NCBI GenBank assembly: GCA_951406725.2
Contig: OX597817.1
Coordinates: 24,614,001 to 24,678,000 of the forward strand
From: Octopus vulgaris
Taxonomy: Eukaryota
Length of the DNA: 64,000 bases
Direction: 5' to 3'
The translations under genes and the position numbers were made by a program. The number at the start of each line of letters is the position of its first letter. The first letter of the stretch is position 1. Under the pieces are notes generated by a model, which worked only from the letters and a program-made list of their open reading frames with translations, had not been told where the DNA came from and did not search any database. This document shows positions 25,743 to 38,309 of the stretch, piece after piece.

Positions 25743-26753
25743 TATATTACCATATACCATAGTGACTAATGTGTATATAGGTGGAAAGAAGAAAGTGTGG
25801 GGATGTGCTGAACAACTTTTGATAAATAATGCTGTGTCGTCTGCATTAAACATTACAGAAACTTTGAACTGTAGACAGTATGGTGTGATTTTAAAAAATT
25901 TAAAAAACACACACGTCTATTTCCTATTCATAACTACTGAAGTTATTTTACAAGCTGCTATCTTAATGACTGCAAGGAAAATGCTTTCAAATATCTGGCC
26001 AACGTTCTTCACACTTATAACTGAAATTAGAACAATTGGATCTGATGTTATGAATATTCTAAAAAGAATATTCCTTGAAGAGAGTATGTCTACATTTCTG
26101 TTTATTCTGCTACTAAATCTTTTATGAAAGTCCACTGGAAAAGTGCTAAGATGCCCAACAACAGAAGACAAAAGACAGCTCATAATTTTTCAGTCGATGG
26201 CCTAAAAGCTATGTTCAAAATATGTACAATGCTGAAAAACTAGCAGGATTTAGATGAACTGCTAAGTTACAGGGATATAAACACACCAGTGTCGGTTGTC
26301 AAGCAATGTTGGGGGGACAAACACAGACACGCAAACACATATACGCACATACATGTATATACATGTATATACTATTGAGGGTGAAGATTTTCTTCCCAAA
26401 ATATGAAACTTTTGCATTAATTACCTCTCCTTCCCTCTTTTCCACACAAGTGCTAAATATATCTAGTACTGAAGAAATTATATCATACAGGGATGCCATA
26501 CGTAAGGAATGGCCTAAGAATATTATATCTGACTTGAAAACGTATGGCACTTAGGCTCTTCTCTTGCAACAGAATATCATTGAATGCATTCCCAGTAATA
26601 TTACTAGCATTGACATTTTCGATAATTGATTGATCAACTACAAGAATCCACATAAACAGTAACATTGACTTGCTCTTGCAATAAACAAGAAAAGAAATGA
26701 CTTAAGTACAGTGCAGGCAGCCTTTGGGTGTTGTATGGTATCACTCAGAATAA

Positions 26754-26988
26754 GGCGGCGAGCTGGCAGAAACGTTAGCACGCCAGGCGAAATGCGTAGC
26801 TGTATTTCGTCTGTCGCTACATTGTGAGTTCAAATTCCGCCGAGGTCGACTTTGCCTTTCATCCTTTCTGGGTCGATAAATTAAGTACCAGTTATGCACT
26901 AGTACTTAATTTATGTAATCGACTTAATACTTATGTCTGTCCTTGTTTGTCCTCTCTATGTTTAGCCCCTTGTGGGTAATAAAGAAAT
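26754..26988 (+). mobile_element. SINE family D
   Basis: Full length. TSD ggtatcact(c/a)agaat. Confidence 0.92.
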
Positions 26989-27183
26989 AGGTATCACTAA
27001 GAATGGATCTGCTAAACAACAGCCTCAAGAATAAATACATCAGCCAAATACTTAAAAAAGAAGATAGCAACATCCTAAACCCACAAGCGAACTACTCAAG
27101 AAGTATTCATCCCAGATGGGCTAGACTAGAGTGCCTTAATAAGAATAAACCTTGAAATGTAACTTCCTCCCCAAAATGGTTAT

Positions 27184-27565
27184 ACTCTTTTACATGATTC
27201 AGTCATTTGACTGCGGCCATACTGGAGCACCACCTTCAGTCCTGAAATCTGCAAATCGACCCCAGGACTTATTCCTTGTAAGCCTAGTACTTATTCTATC
27301 AGTCACTTTTGCTGAACTGCTAAGTTACAGGGACATAAACACACCAGTGTCAAGCAATGTTGGGGGGACAAACACAGACACACAAACACATATACGCACA
27401 TACATGTATATACATATATACGACGGGCTTCTTTCAGTTTCCCCCTACCAAATCCGCTCACAAGGCTTTGGTTGGCCTGAGGCTATAGCAGAAGACACTT
27501 GCCCAAGGTGCCACGCAGTGGGACTGAACCCGGAACCATGTGGTTGGTAAGCAAGCTACTTACCT
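27184..27565 (-). mobile_element. SINE family A
   Basis: Homology to the family A copies. Confidence 0.9.
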
Positions 27566-28029
27566 AGATATAATTCCTATATGATGCTAATATAAGCATG
27601 AAGTGTACTCATTCTTAAACATAAGACCATACTTTGAAGGTTATGTTTTTTATAAACCAAATTCAGAAAGAAAGTCACGAAATATCTAAAGAACAAAAGT
27701 GACAAAGAAGCCCTTAAACCCCCAAGATGCACTTAGAAATGTCAATTATGTTATATTTCAGGGGAAGATATTATGCATGTGATCAGTAGCTGTCCAATAA
27801 TATTATCAAGGTATTACCTTCTATTGAAGCATGATGCCATTGCTAAAACAATGTCATCCATAAGAAAAACTACTCTGGGATAAATAGAGAGAACGGCCCT
27901 ATTACTGAATATTTACATACATGTCAACATGAATATTAGAACATTCCTGTGAAAAACTTCGACTAAGATAAAATGACACCATCTTGATATGGGTGGTTGA
28001 GAAATAGAAGAACAATCCTTTACTGTCGT

Positions 28030-28402
28030 AGGCGTAGGAGTGGCCGTGTGGTAAGTAGCTTGCTTACCAACCACATGGTTCCGGGTTCAGCATCACTGCA
28101 TGGCACCTTGGGTAGGTGTCTTCTACTATAGCCTCAGGTCGACCAAAGCCTTGTGAGTGGATTTAGTAGACAGAAACTGAAAGAAGCCTGTCGTATATGT
28201 GTACGACCTCGTGTATACCGTTGGCGATTTTTTTTCCTCTGTCTTCCCTTCTCTGGATCTTTCCTTCTCCTATGTTTCCGACGAAGAGCTCCGCTCAAAA
28301 CGTTAAACCCTCCTTCTTCCCTTCTTTCCTGAGCATCCAATAATACTATATTTGTTCTACGTCCTCGCGTTGTCGTGTTTTTTGGGGTTTTCTTGTTTGG
28401 AT

Positions 28403-28455
<53 letters not shown>

Positions 28456-28662
28456 TTGTGTGTCTGTGTTTGTCCCCCCAACATTGCTTGACAACTGGTG
28501 GTGGTGTGTTTACGTCCTCGTAACTTAGTGGTTCGGCAAAAGCGAATGATAGAATAAGTACTAGGCTTACAAAGAATAAGTCCTGGGGTCGATTTGCTCG
28601 CCGAAAGGCGGTGCTCCAGCATGGGCACAGTCAAATGACTGAAACAAGTAAAAGAGTAAAGA
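28030..28662 (+). mobile_element. SINE family A with an approximately 200-bp insertion in its internal microsatellite
   Basis: Head at 28030 and tail at 28662. The foreign block 28203-28406 sits in the TA/TG tract. Confidence 0.9.
28203..28406 (+). mobile_element. Probable Penelope-like 3' fragment with a variant or degenerate hammerhead motif
   Basis: gttt-CCGACGA-a-gagc-tcc-gctc-AAAA-cg-TT-aaac at 28274-28308. The pyrimidine-rich body ends in (TA)n. Confidence 0.6.
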
Positions 28663-28786
28663 GTCATAGAAATTAGCTGGTCTACTGATATGAACATTTT
28701 TACCAAATTCCAGTGATAAAGAGCACATAAATCGAAAATTATCCAAATGCTAAAATCATAAGCAGAAAGTGTAACCTCTCGAAAGA

Positions 28787-29081
28787 GCAGTTCTTCACTC
28801 CTGCTCCAGAGCATCGGCTGCGGGGTCATTCCGAAAAGCTCTACCTCCAACGATTTCATCTCAATCGAAGGAGAGGAGCATTCTCCGTCCGGGTTGCGGA
28901 TCCGTGGAACAAGCTGCCAGACGAGATGGTGAAGATGCCGACGACCGCTTTGTTCAAAGTCTCCTTGACATCAAGTGGCCTGAACTCTTTACATGAATAC
29001 CACCCTATACTTAACTCCATGTCCCCCTACATGGCCTTGCTTTTTGCTTTTGAGCCCAAAAATTAATTAACTAACTAACTA
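28787..29081 (+). mobile_element. CR1-clade LINE 3' end with a (TAAC)n tail
   Basis: FFTPAPEHRLRGHSEKLYLQRFHLNRRRGAFSVRVADPWNKLPDEMVKMPTTALFK. Confidence 0.9.
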
Positions 29082-29454
29082 ATATCTTCATTCTGCATTT
29101 ACTTGCATAGTTATTGGTACATTTGAGTAAGTGGTAATCTCAGAGTTGAAATTTTTAGCCAAAGAAAGTGACCAGGTAACATGCATTTAAAATACAATCT
29201 GCAAACAGAACAATGACAATTTTCTGAAGTTCACTTTGTAATCCAAACTGCTTTTTGCGACTTAAATTGCTGTTTAGATCCTTCCTTGTCAGAAGAATTT
29301 GAACTATTAAAAAAAGCAGTAACAAACACATGTATATATGCATATGTACTTGTCAGATTTAAATGTGTGCGTGTGTGTGTGTAAATATATACACACACAT
29401 TCACACACATACATATATATGTATACACACATATGTGTGTATAATTGTGTGTGC

Positions 29455-29696
29455 GTGTAAAAAGCACCATCCGTCCGTGGCCGTTTGCCAGCTTTGTCTG
29501 GCTCCTGTGTGGGTGACACGTAAAAAGCACCCACTACACTCACGAAGTGGTTGGCGTTAGGAAGGGCATCCAGCCGTAGAAACACTGCCAGATCAGACTG
29601 GGCCTGATGCAGCCCTCTGGCTTCACAGACCCCAGTTGAACTGTCCAACCCATGCTAGCATGGAAAGCGGACGTAAAATGATGATGATGATGATGA

Positions 29697-29700
<4 letters not shown>
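29455..29700 (+). mobile_element. RTE-like tail copy ending in (GAT)n
   Basis: gtggttggcgttaggaagggcatccagc...ggacgtaaaatgatgatgat. Confidence 0.85.
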
Positions 29701-29741
<41 letters not shown>

Positions 29742-29900
29742 ATATACACACATATTCATACACACATACATATATGTGTTTATGTGTGTATAATTGTGTG
29801 AGTGTGTGTGTGTGTGTATATATATGTGTGTGTGTGTGTGTGTATGTATGTGCACACATGTATGCATGTATGCCTCCGTGTATATGTATGTATGTATGAA

Positions 29901-30457
29901 TATAGTGTCAGGTCACTTTTGAGTGCTACTGGTAACATGTAACCCAGTACAACCTGTTGCATAGTCGGGTCGTTGGCGACCAAACCGGCAACCCCACCAA
30001 GCTCGCTTGGTGAGGAGGGTGTTTATTGGTCACCCTGCGGGATGAAAAACAAAACCCGTCAAAGGGTGGAGGAACTCTTAAGAGTCAACGGCCATCCAAT
30101 AAATGTCTTAAGGCTGTATCATGTGCAGGGACATAGAAATAATCGGACTGAATACCCGATCGATCGGTTAAACCATTGGGAGTGTAGGACTCCTAGCCTT
30201 TGTTAGGGCATCCTTCAAAGAGAAGGTAACTCAGGTAACTGGGATAACTCCGACATAAAACCTGCGGCTCAGTGGTTACCGATGATGTTGACTTGTTCTT
30301 CTTTTCGGATTACGGCTGTTGTTGCTTAGTGAGTGGGATTGACTCAGTGCACAGCCTTTCCTCACTTTAAAAAAATCTTCTTGCACAGGCATTGCATGAT
30401 AACAACATTGATTAAGCTTCGTGCAATGGCCATACTCGATAACGGGGGCAGCCACCA
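29901..30457 (+). mobile_element. GC-rich structured repeat resembling an RTE 5' UTR
   Basis: Several hairpins, and the motif gttagggcatccttcaaagagaaggtaactc resembles RTE leaders. Flanked by microsatellites. Confidence 0.45.
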
Positions 30458-30640
30458 TATATATATATATATATATGTAGGATGAAATCTTTATAAGAAA
30501 TTATCAAGTAGTTAGCATGAAAAGCCTCATAAGGGAAATATTTATTAATTATTCCCTTTAAATATATTTATTTATATTAAGGTCATTACTATACATAAAT
30601 GCCTTACACAAGGAGTAAGTCAAAGTCAAAACTATCATAA

Positions 30641-30695
<55 letters not shown>

Positions 30696-32101
30696 AGTTA
30701 CTTGATCTTAGGTAAGGTGCTTCATTTAGAGATAGCTTAAAGAAGTTGCATAATCATTTTATTTATATAATTTATTGTTTTGGTTTTATTCCAAAACAAG
30801 CTTGTCCTTATTTCAAGGAAGAAAGATTGAGTGTATGCATTGCATATTCTATGAAATTCTCTTATCTAATTCATGTTTCCTGCATGTTCTTCCAACATTC
30901 CTGTATGCTATTCACTATTAAGATTTTGGCCACTGCTCTATATTTATCATCAAACCCAGTTAGAACTCAAATGCTTCTTAACTAAATCTCTAATTTGTTG
31001 TACAAACTTCTAAAGTTTGAGCCAACCAATGCAAGACAATCATGCTCGTTAGCATACACGTTGATATTTAAATGCATCTGCTCTCCTATTATCTATTGGA
31101 AACATAATAATCTGAATATCTTAGGTTCCTAATTCATTTCTTTGCATCTCAGTAAGATTCTCTCTCACATCAAATAAACATAGTGTAAGAACTCGAATCT
31201 CAAGGGAAGATTTTCCTTGCTCATAATTACTAGTTATTACCGTGCTGAAATAGAATTCTCTTATATTCTAAGGGTATGAAGTAGAGAAAAAGCATCATTT
31301 TATATCAGCACTTTTTCACCACCCCTAATATTAAGCAAGAAGCCTGTCTGTCGACAGCGGACATTCTCTTAACTAACGGTTCCATGTTCAGAGCATGACC
31401 ACCATAATTATTGAAACTAGCCTTGTATAAGTCTTTTGGATGTTGTAATTAACATAATAATGATCATTTAGAAATCTAAGCAGTCTAAAGAAAATTATAT
31501 TCACCAACCAGTAGAAATATATATTTAAATAGATAACACTATTACTTTTTTCTTTTGTTTCCAATTTTTTTTTTCCTTACAAAGCCAAAATAAGGATAAA
31601 ATAATTTTACGGCAAGTTTTGTTTTTATAATGCAAGATGACAATGATATATATAAAAAATCCAATAATATTGGGGTAATGTTAGTTTTTAAAGTTATCGT
31701 TAATTATTTTTTTAAAGTAGAAATGAGGCAAAAATCTATGAGAATGTAAATGCAAATTATATAACATTTGATACTTTTTTTTTACATTTTAAATTTCTTT
31801 ATATATATTTATATTTTGAATTTCTTAAATATATATTTTTTACTTGTATCTGGCCAACCATTTTCCTCTAAATATCTGAGATGAGTTGGTAATAGGTTTG
31901 TAAATTTTCAGACTATTCACCTAATCTTTAAAGATGAAGATTTTTTTTTCTTCTATTTTAATATCTACATCTACACTAAGTTTCATATGTTTTTGCTATG
32001 CTACTGTCATCAGATGTTTTACTCAATCACCTGTATATAGTACCAAGCTAGAATTTGCCAGTTATTCTAGTTCAGTTCGGATAGAAATGTTTTGTTAATT
32101 A

Positions 32102-32297
32102 TTCTTTTATTTGTTTCAGTCATTTGACTGCGACCATGCTGGAGCACCACCTTCTTAGTTGAACAAATCAACCTAAGGACTTATTCTTTGTAAGCCTAGT
32201 ACTTATTCTATCGATCTATTTTGCTGAACTGCTAAGTTATGGGAACATAAACACACCAGCATCAGTTGTCAAGTGATGATGGTGGGGACAAACACAG

Positions 32298-32345
<48 letters not shown>

Positions 32346-32507
32346 GACAGGCTTCTTGCAGTTTCTGTATACCAAATCCATTCACAAGGCTTTGGTCGGC
32401 CTGAGTCTATAGCAGAAGATACTTGCCGAAGGTGACACGCCATGGGACTGAACCCAGATCCATGTGGCTGGTAAGCAAGCTACTTACCACAGCTACTCCT
32501 GCACCTA
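32102..32507 (-). mobile_element. SINE family A
   Basis: Full-length homology with an internal (CA)n. Confidence 0.92.
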
Positions 32508-32893
32508 TTAGTTAATTAATTTTTAGAAAAAAAAATTATTAATTAAATCAAATCTAAGTAGACTATCATCATTGTCATTGTCATTATCATCATAATCTCC
32601 ATCAACACCTCTACTACCACAGCTGCCACTACCATCATCCTCATCATGCATTTATTTACTATTTTTGTATGTGTTGCAGCTCTTCTCCAGTATAGAGTTA
32701 TTTTCATTTGTTGCAGTCATTTGTTATTACCAACGAAGTTCAACCTTCTGAGACTGAATCATATAAGAGAGCAGCTTTCACTAGTTCTTTCTTTGTCTCT
32801 CTCAGATTTTTTCCACTTGGGCCATTTTTTTTTTTTTTTTGGCAAACTATCATTATCTATATGTGTTACATGTCCATACTACTCAAGTTTGCA

Positions 32894-33111
32894 GGGCGGC
32901 GAGCTGGCAGACTCGGTAGCACGCCGGGCGAAATGCGTAGCCTTATTTCGTCTGCCGTTACGTTCTGAGTTCAAATTCTGCCGAGGTCGACTTTGCCTTT
33001 CATCCTTTCGGGGTCGATTAAATAAGTACCAGTTACGCACTGGGGTCGATGTAATCGACATAATCCTTTTGTCCCCTCTGTGTTTAGCCCCTTGTGGGCA
33101 GTAGTGAAATA
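32894..33111 (+). mobile_element. SINE family D
   Basis: Full length. 16-bp TSD catactactcaagttt. Confidence 0.93.
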
Positions 33112-33425
33112 CATACTACTCAAGTTTTTTCTCTTGCACCCTACATCTGTTACCAATTAGTAGCACTAATTAACATACCTTGTGGCATTTATTCTGGCTG
33201 TCTCTGCTTGGAGTTCAAACCCTTCTGCAATCAAACTTTGCTTTTCATACTTTCAAGGTCAATCGATCAATTATCAATCTGATATTTGTGTTGATTCTAT
33301 TTCTCTATCTCGTTCTCTCTTCTTTTTCCTTCTACAACAAATTGTTTTCTGCTAGACATGGAGAAAGAAGGAAGGATTTACCTCTGGTTTAAAATGCCTA
33401 TGGTATACCAAATGTCTTAATGAAA

Positions 33426-33839
33426 AGGCAGCAAGCTGGCAGAGACGTTAGCACACCAGGCGAAATGCGTAGCTATATTACGTCTGCCGTTATGTTCTGA
33501 GTTCAAATTCTGCCAAGATCGACTTTGCCTTTCATCCTTTCGGGGTCAATAAATTAAGTACCAGTTACCCACTGAGGTCGATGTAATCGACTTAATATGT
33601 TTGTCTGTCCTTGTTTGTCCCCTCTATGTTTAGCCCCTTGTGGGTAGTAAAGAAATATATATTACATCTGCCATTATGTTCTGAGTTCAAATTCTGCCAA
33701 GGTCGACTTTGCCTTTCATCCTTTCGGGGTCAATAAATTAAGTACCAGTTACGCACTGAGGTCAATGTAATCGACTTATTCCGTTTGTCTGTACTTGTTT
33801 GTCCCCTCTGTGTAGCCCCTTGTGGGTAGTAAAGAAATA
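33426..33839 (+). mobile_element. SINE family D head-to-tail dimer (full copy plus 5'-truncated copy)
   Basis: Two copies lie inside a single TSD, ggtataccaaatgtct(t/c)aatg. Confidence 0.9.
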
Positions 33840-34267
33840 GGTATACCAAATGTCTCAATGGTGTTCCTATAACTTCGTCAACAGAAGAGATCAAAAGGAA
33901 AGAGGTGTCACACGGCGTTTGAGTGGCAATGTGAGAGTGAAGAACAACACCTCATGAACAATTAGTTGTAACTTTATTCACCGCACGAAATATTTTCCAT
34001 GTTGGTCCTGAATTAATAATGCAACAACAAAATGTACACACTGCGAAAGGCAATTCTGTAGTTATGTCAGAATAGTTGGTTAAATAAGCTCTGTGAAAAT
34101 GCAGTGAATACTGTAGATACGTCATCCTAAATTCATGACTGAAATACCATGGCTGCCATCTGCTTGGTTGAATAAGAAGTTGTTAAAACAACAGTTAAAA
34201 GCTGGAAAATGAGAATGTGGTTTTCGTGGCAGCATTTGCCAACATTCTGAAATTTGGTACCCAGAGC

Positions 34268-34572
34268 TCCTCTTTATATATAAAAATGAAGTTGTGTGAG
34301 TGTCTGTCTCCTACGATTTAGATTCCTAACTACTCCCACATTTTGCGGTGCAGTTTAACCAAAAGCGGGTATCTTATAGTCGTGATTCATATCGAGCCCT
34401 TCTGGGTATTAGCGCACGTCTACGATGAGTCTACGATTTAAAAAAATTTACCATCATTTTTTCCCGTTTTTAATGCATTTTTTTTGCTATTATATAAGGG
34501 AAGTAACTCTCTAAAAATGCTTATATAGTTATTTCCCATACAAACCCGAGCAACGCCGGGCGATACTGCTAG
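34268..34572 (+). mobile_element. Non-autonomous Helitron
   Basis: 5' tc...tatatataaaaatgaagttgtgtgagtgtctgtc and 3' cccgagcaacgccgggcgatactgCTAG|T. Confidence 0.9.
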
Positions 34573-35078
34573 TTTATTAATAAGCTTCTTTAAGAGAAAT
34601 TCTGGAATATTCTAGAAGGTTGCACCATGGGATGACACCATGCTGATTGGTCAGTTAATTGGCCTATCACATGAAATGGCTATTACTAAACTGTGACTTT
34701 TGCTTAGCAATTTGTTGATTTGGTTTTGAATTTACTACAGAAGCTTTTTTTTTTTTTTTTTTTACAGCTCATTTGTGATCCATCATTCATATATATCACC
34801 ATTACACATCCTGTAGAATATACTTGCTTCATTTCTCTTGAATATTTTAACATACTTTGTATTCAATTCACATGTATCACTACAGTGCAATACTGTATTT
34901 TGTAATAGGTACACCATATGGAATTTCTTGATATTGAACAAGACCATTTTCCAGCATGGATTAATGTACTGCCTGCTTCCTAACTTATTACAAGTTTGGT
35001 CTTTGCTAAGTTTTTGCTAAGGCCATTTAATTTCAGGCTTTACTTCCACATCTAAAATTTCTTTTCTAGTTCTACTAT

Positions 35079-35490
35079 AGGCGCAGGAGTGGCTGTGTGG
35101 TAAGTAGCTTGCTTACCAACCACATGGTTCCGGGTTCAGTCCCACTGCGTGGCATCTTGGGAAAGTGTTTTCTGCTATAGCCTTGGGCCGACTAATGCCT
35201 TGTGGGTGGATTTGGTAGACGGAAACTGAAAGAAGCCCATCGTATATATGTATATATATATATATGTGTGTGTATGTTTGTGTGTCTGTGTTTGTCCCCC
35301 TAGCATTACTTGACAACCGATGCTGATGTGTTTATGTCCCCGTTACTTAGCGGTTCGGCAAAAGAGACCGATAGAATAAGTACTGGGCTTACAAAAGAAT
35401 AAGTCCCGGGGTCAAGTTGCTCGATTAAAGGCAGTGCTCCAGCATGGCCGCAGTCAAATGACTGAAACAAGTAAAAGAGTAAAAGAGAGA
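35079..35490 (+). mobile_element. SINE family A
   Basis: Full-length homology. Confidence 0.93.
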
Positions 35491-36012
35491 GTATAGATTC
35501 AATTATAAGAACAAGATCATCAACATAGAGGAGTTCCCAGGGGCAACCAGTCTTATACTCTTCTATTTTGACCAGGAGGACTAACAGGTGGGGAGTGAGA
35601 GCTGAGCCCTTGCGAACTCATAACTGCACACTACATTTGTTGCTGTATTCATTGCTGTCACCTCAGTGATGGTACCCTTGCAAATGTCTTGAACGACTCT
35701 CACTAGCCATTGATCTACTTCTAACTTCCAAATTAACTACCAGACCAGGAAGTGAGTATCCTTGATGATTATTTACTTTTAGCTATCTGAAAAGGGGAAT
35801 TTTTACTGAAATATTATAAGACTTTAAAAAATCAATGTAAGGCAATAAAATATTTTTGCCTTACATCTGTTTGCTTTTATAAATATCACCTTACATATTT
35901 TGCTTAACTTCTCACCTATAGCACTCGAAATTTTTCCCAACATTTATATCATTTACACACACTGAAATGCCTCAAACAATTTGCAATACACTATTGTTGT
36001 TATTGTTGATAC

Positions 36013-36046
<34 letters not shown>

Positions 36047-36447
36047 GGACAAGAACTGATACTTACATTATGATACGATCATAAAATATAATTAATTGTA
36101 CCCGCTCACCAATTTTATGGCCTTGTGCTTATGTAAGTAATTATTACCATTATTATGACTCACCTAGTAACAAGCCTTATAGATAGAGAGTCATTTTCTC
36201 AACTCTAATCTACAAGACACTGTTTGGAGGGGGAAAGAAAGATAATAGATATATAATTTTTGATAATACTAGAAGAAATGTTTTTCGTATATTTCATATT
36301 AAAATTTTTTAACTGGTTATAGTCTGTATGTTAGGTGGAAGATGATGGCAATCCAAAGTGAAATAATATCAACTGTTGTTGACAGTGAAGAAGAAGCAGA
36401 CACTGAAAGTGAAAACATATCAATTACTGAGATACAGTGCAAGATAT

Positions 36448-36815
36448 AGGCACAGGAGTGGCTGTGTGGTAAGTAGCCTGCTTACCAACAACATGGTTCC
36501 GGGTTTGTTCCCACTGCGTGGCACCTTGGGCAAGTGTCTTCTACTTTAGCCTCAGGCCGACCAAAGCCTTATAAGTGGATTTGGTAGACAGAAACTGAAG
36601 CTGTGTGTCTGTGTTTGTCACCCCAACATTGCTTGACAACTGATGCTGGTGTGTTTACGTCCCCGTAACTTAGCAGTTCGGCAAAAGAGAATGATAGAAT
36701 AAGTACTAGGCTTACAAAGAATAAGTCCTGGGGTCGATTTGCTCGACTAAAGGCGGTGCTCCAGCATGGCCGCAGTCAAATGACTGAAACAAGTAAAAGA
36801 GAGAGTAAAAAAGAG
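36448..36815 (+). mobile_element. SINE family A lacking most of the internal microsatellite
   Basis: Homology; deletion between gaaactgaag and ctgtgtgtctgtg. Confidence 0.92.
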
Positions 36816-37884
36816 TATATAGACAGGAACCATAATGAAAAAACTAAAATAAAATAATAATAAAGAATAAAATAGTTGAAATGTGTGTAGGAAAACCAAA
36901 AAACAAAAATCTTGCAAAACACCTCACTAGAAATGAAGCAAGCATACTCTGCCGGATGTGTAATGTCAGTGTACATTGATGATGGATCACAAATAAGCTG
37001 AGGAGAAAACTGAGCTTCAAAGAAATAATATTCATCATGCAAGACAACTATTGTGGTGCAAATATATGATGTCTATGGAACAGTAAATTAGTGTTTGTGC
37101 AACCCAGGGCAGCCCTTGAGTTTGCTTTCCTCATGAATGATGCAACACAAGATATATAGAAAATATCACTCAAAGCAGATGATGCCCCATCCCATCCATA
37201 TGTAGCTATGTCAGAGATATGGATCGATCAAAAAATGAATATTATCAAACAAATCCCTCTCTCTCAGAGATGCACAAGCACCTACACACATATATACACA
37301 CATGGCAGTAACTTCCGCCTACCAAATTCAATCACAAAGCTTCGGTCAGCCCGGAGCTAGTGCCACACAGTGGGACTGAACCCGAAACCATGTAGCTAGG
37401 AAGCAAGCTCCCTAACCACACAGCCATGCCCGCATTTACTTGTCCAATCCATGCTAGCATGGAAAGCAGACATTAAACGATGATGATGATGATGATGATA
37501 ATGAAACAAATGTGTTTTGAAGTAGTGAAAATAAATACTCAATTACTCATTGTACTACTAAGAATATTCAATGCAAAGTTTGTATTTCAGACAAATAACT
37601 GGATGCAACCCTAAGTGAGGCGTCAGAAATGATAAACCATAAGAAAATTTGAGAAGCATTAAGCTGTAAGAACATTTGGGAAAATATTCTTTATGTTTAT
37701 AAGTACAGAAAATGATGCAAAATGCACAAAATTTTCTTACTTCTCTCTCTCTCTCTTTGTGCTAGTTACTAAAAGAAGGAGCATAATGAGATTAAATGAA
37801 GCATTTAATAAAGTGTCTCAGAAGTTAACATGCAGTGAGAAGTTGAGTGACAGGTAGGGCCATTTGAGCCTGGAGAAGATGAAA

Positions 37885-37955
37885 TGAGTATGCAGCTAGT
37901 TAGTTCAGAAAAGCAATAGGGTCTTCTGTACTAACTAGCTGTGATAAGTGACTCA
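37885..37955 (+). ncRNA. Candidate pre-miRNA-like hairpin
   Basis: cagctagttagt-t-cagaa, 13-nt loop, ttctg-t-actaactagctg, plus G-U pairs and a basal tgagt/actca stem. Confidence 0.25.
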
Positions 37956-38081
37956 AACAGAGGAAAGTGCTTGCAATATGCTAGTCTGCATCACTGCCTG
38001 TAAATAGAATAATTTATTGCTAACTACAGTCAAGGATGAGTGGGTAGTTGTAACAGGTGAACCATCCCATATATGTTATAC

Positions 38082-38309
38082 GGTGAGCTGGCAGAAACGT
38101 TAGTGCGCCGGGTGAAACGCTTAGCGGTATTTCGTCTGTTGTTGTGTTCTGAGTTCAAATTACGCCGAGGTCGACTTTGCCTTTCATCCTTTCGGGGTCG
38201 ATAAATAAAGTACCAGTTGCATACTGGGGTCTATGTAATCGGCTTAATCCCTTTGTCTGTCCTTGTTTGTCCCCTCTATGTTTAGCCCCTTGTGGGTAGT
38301 AAAGAAATA
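38082..38309 (+). mobile_element. SINE family D
   Basis: TSD catatatgttatac. Confidence 0.92.

Larger units (their letters stand above)
25755..28025 (+). mobile_element. Highly decayed R4/Dong-type (restriction-like endonuclease) LINE, fragmented by SINE insertions
   Basis: GGKKKVWGCAEQLLINNAV (RT N-terminal motif) and CQLC..SGEDIMHVISSCPIILSRYYLLLKHDAIAK (zinc knuckle/RHD region) at about 27740-27850. Confidence 0.7.

Noticed and set aside
28134-28859. 241-aa ORF, and the recurring peptides YDGLLSVSVYQIHSQGFG...EPCGW and LIDPERMKGKVDLG
   Set aside because: Chance frames through SINE, PLE and CR1 sequence. The peptides recur because the SINEs are multi-copy.
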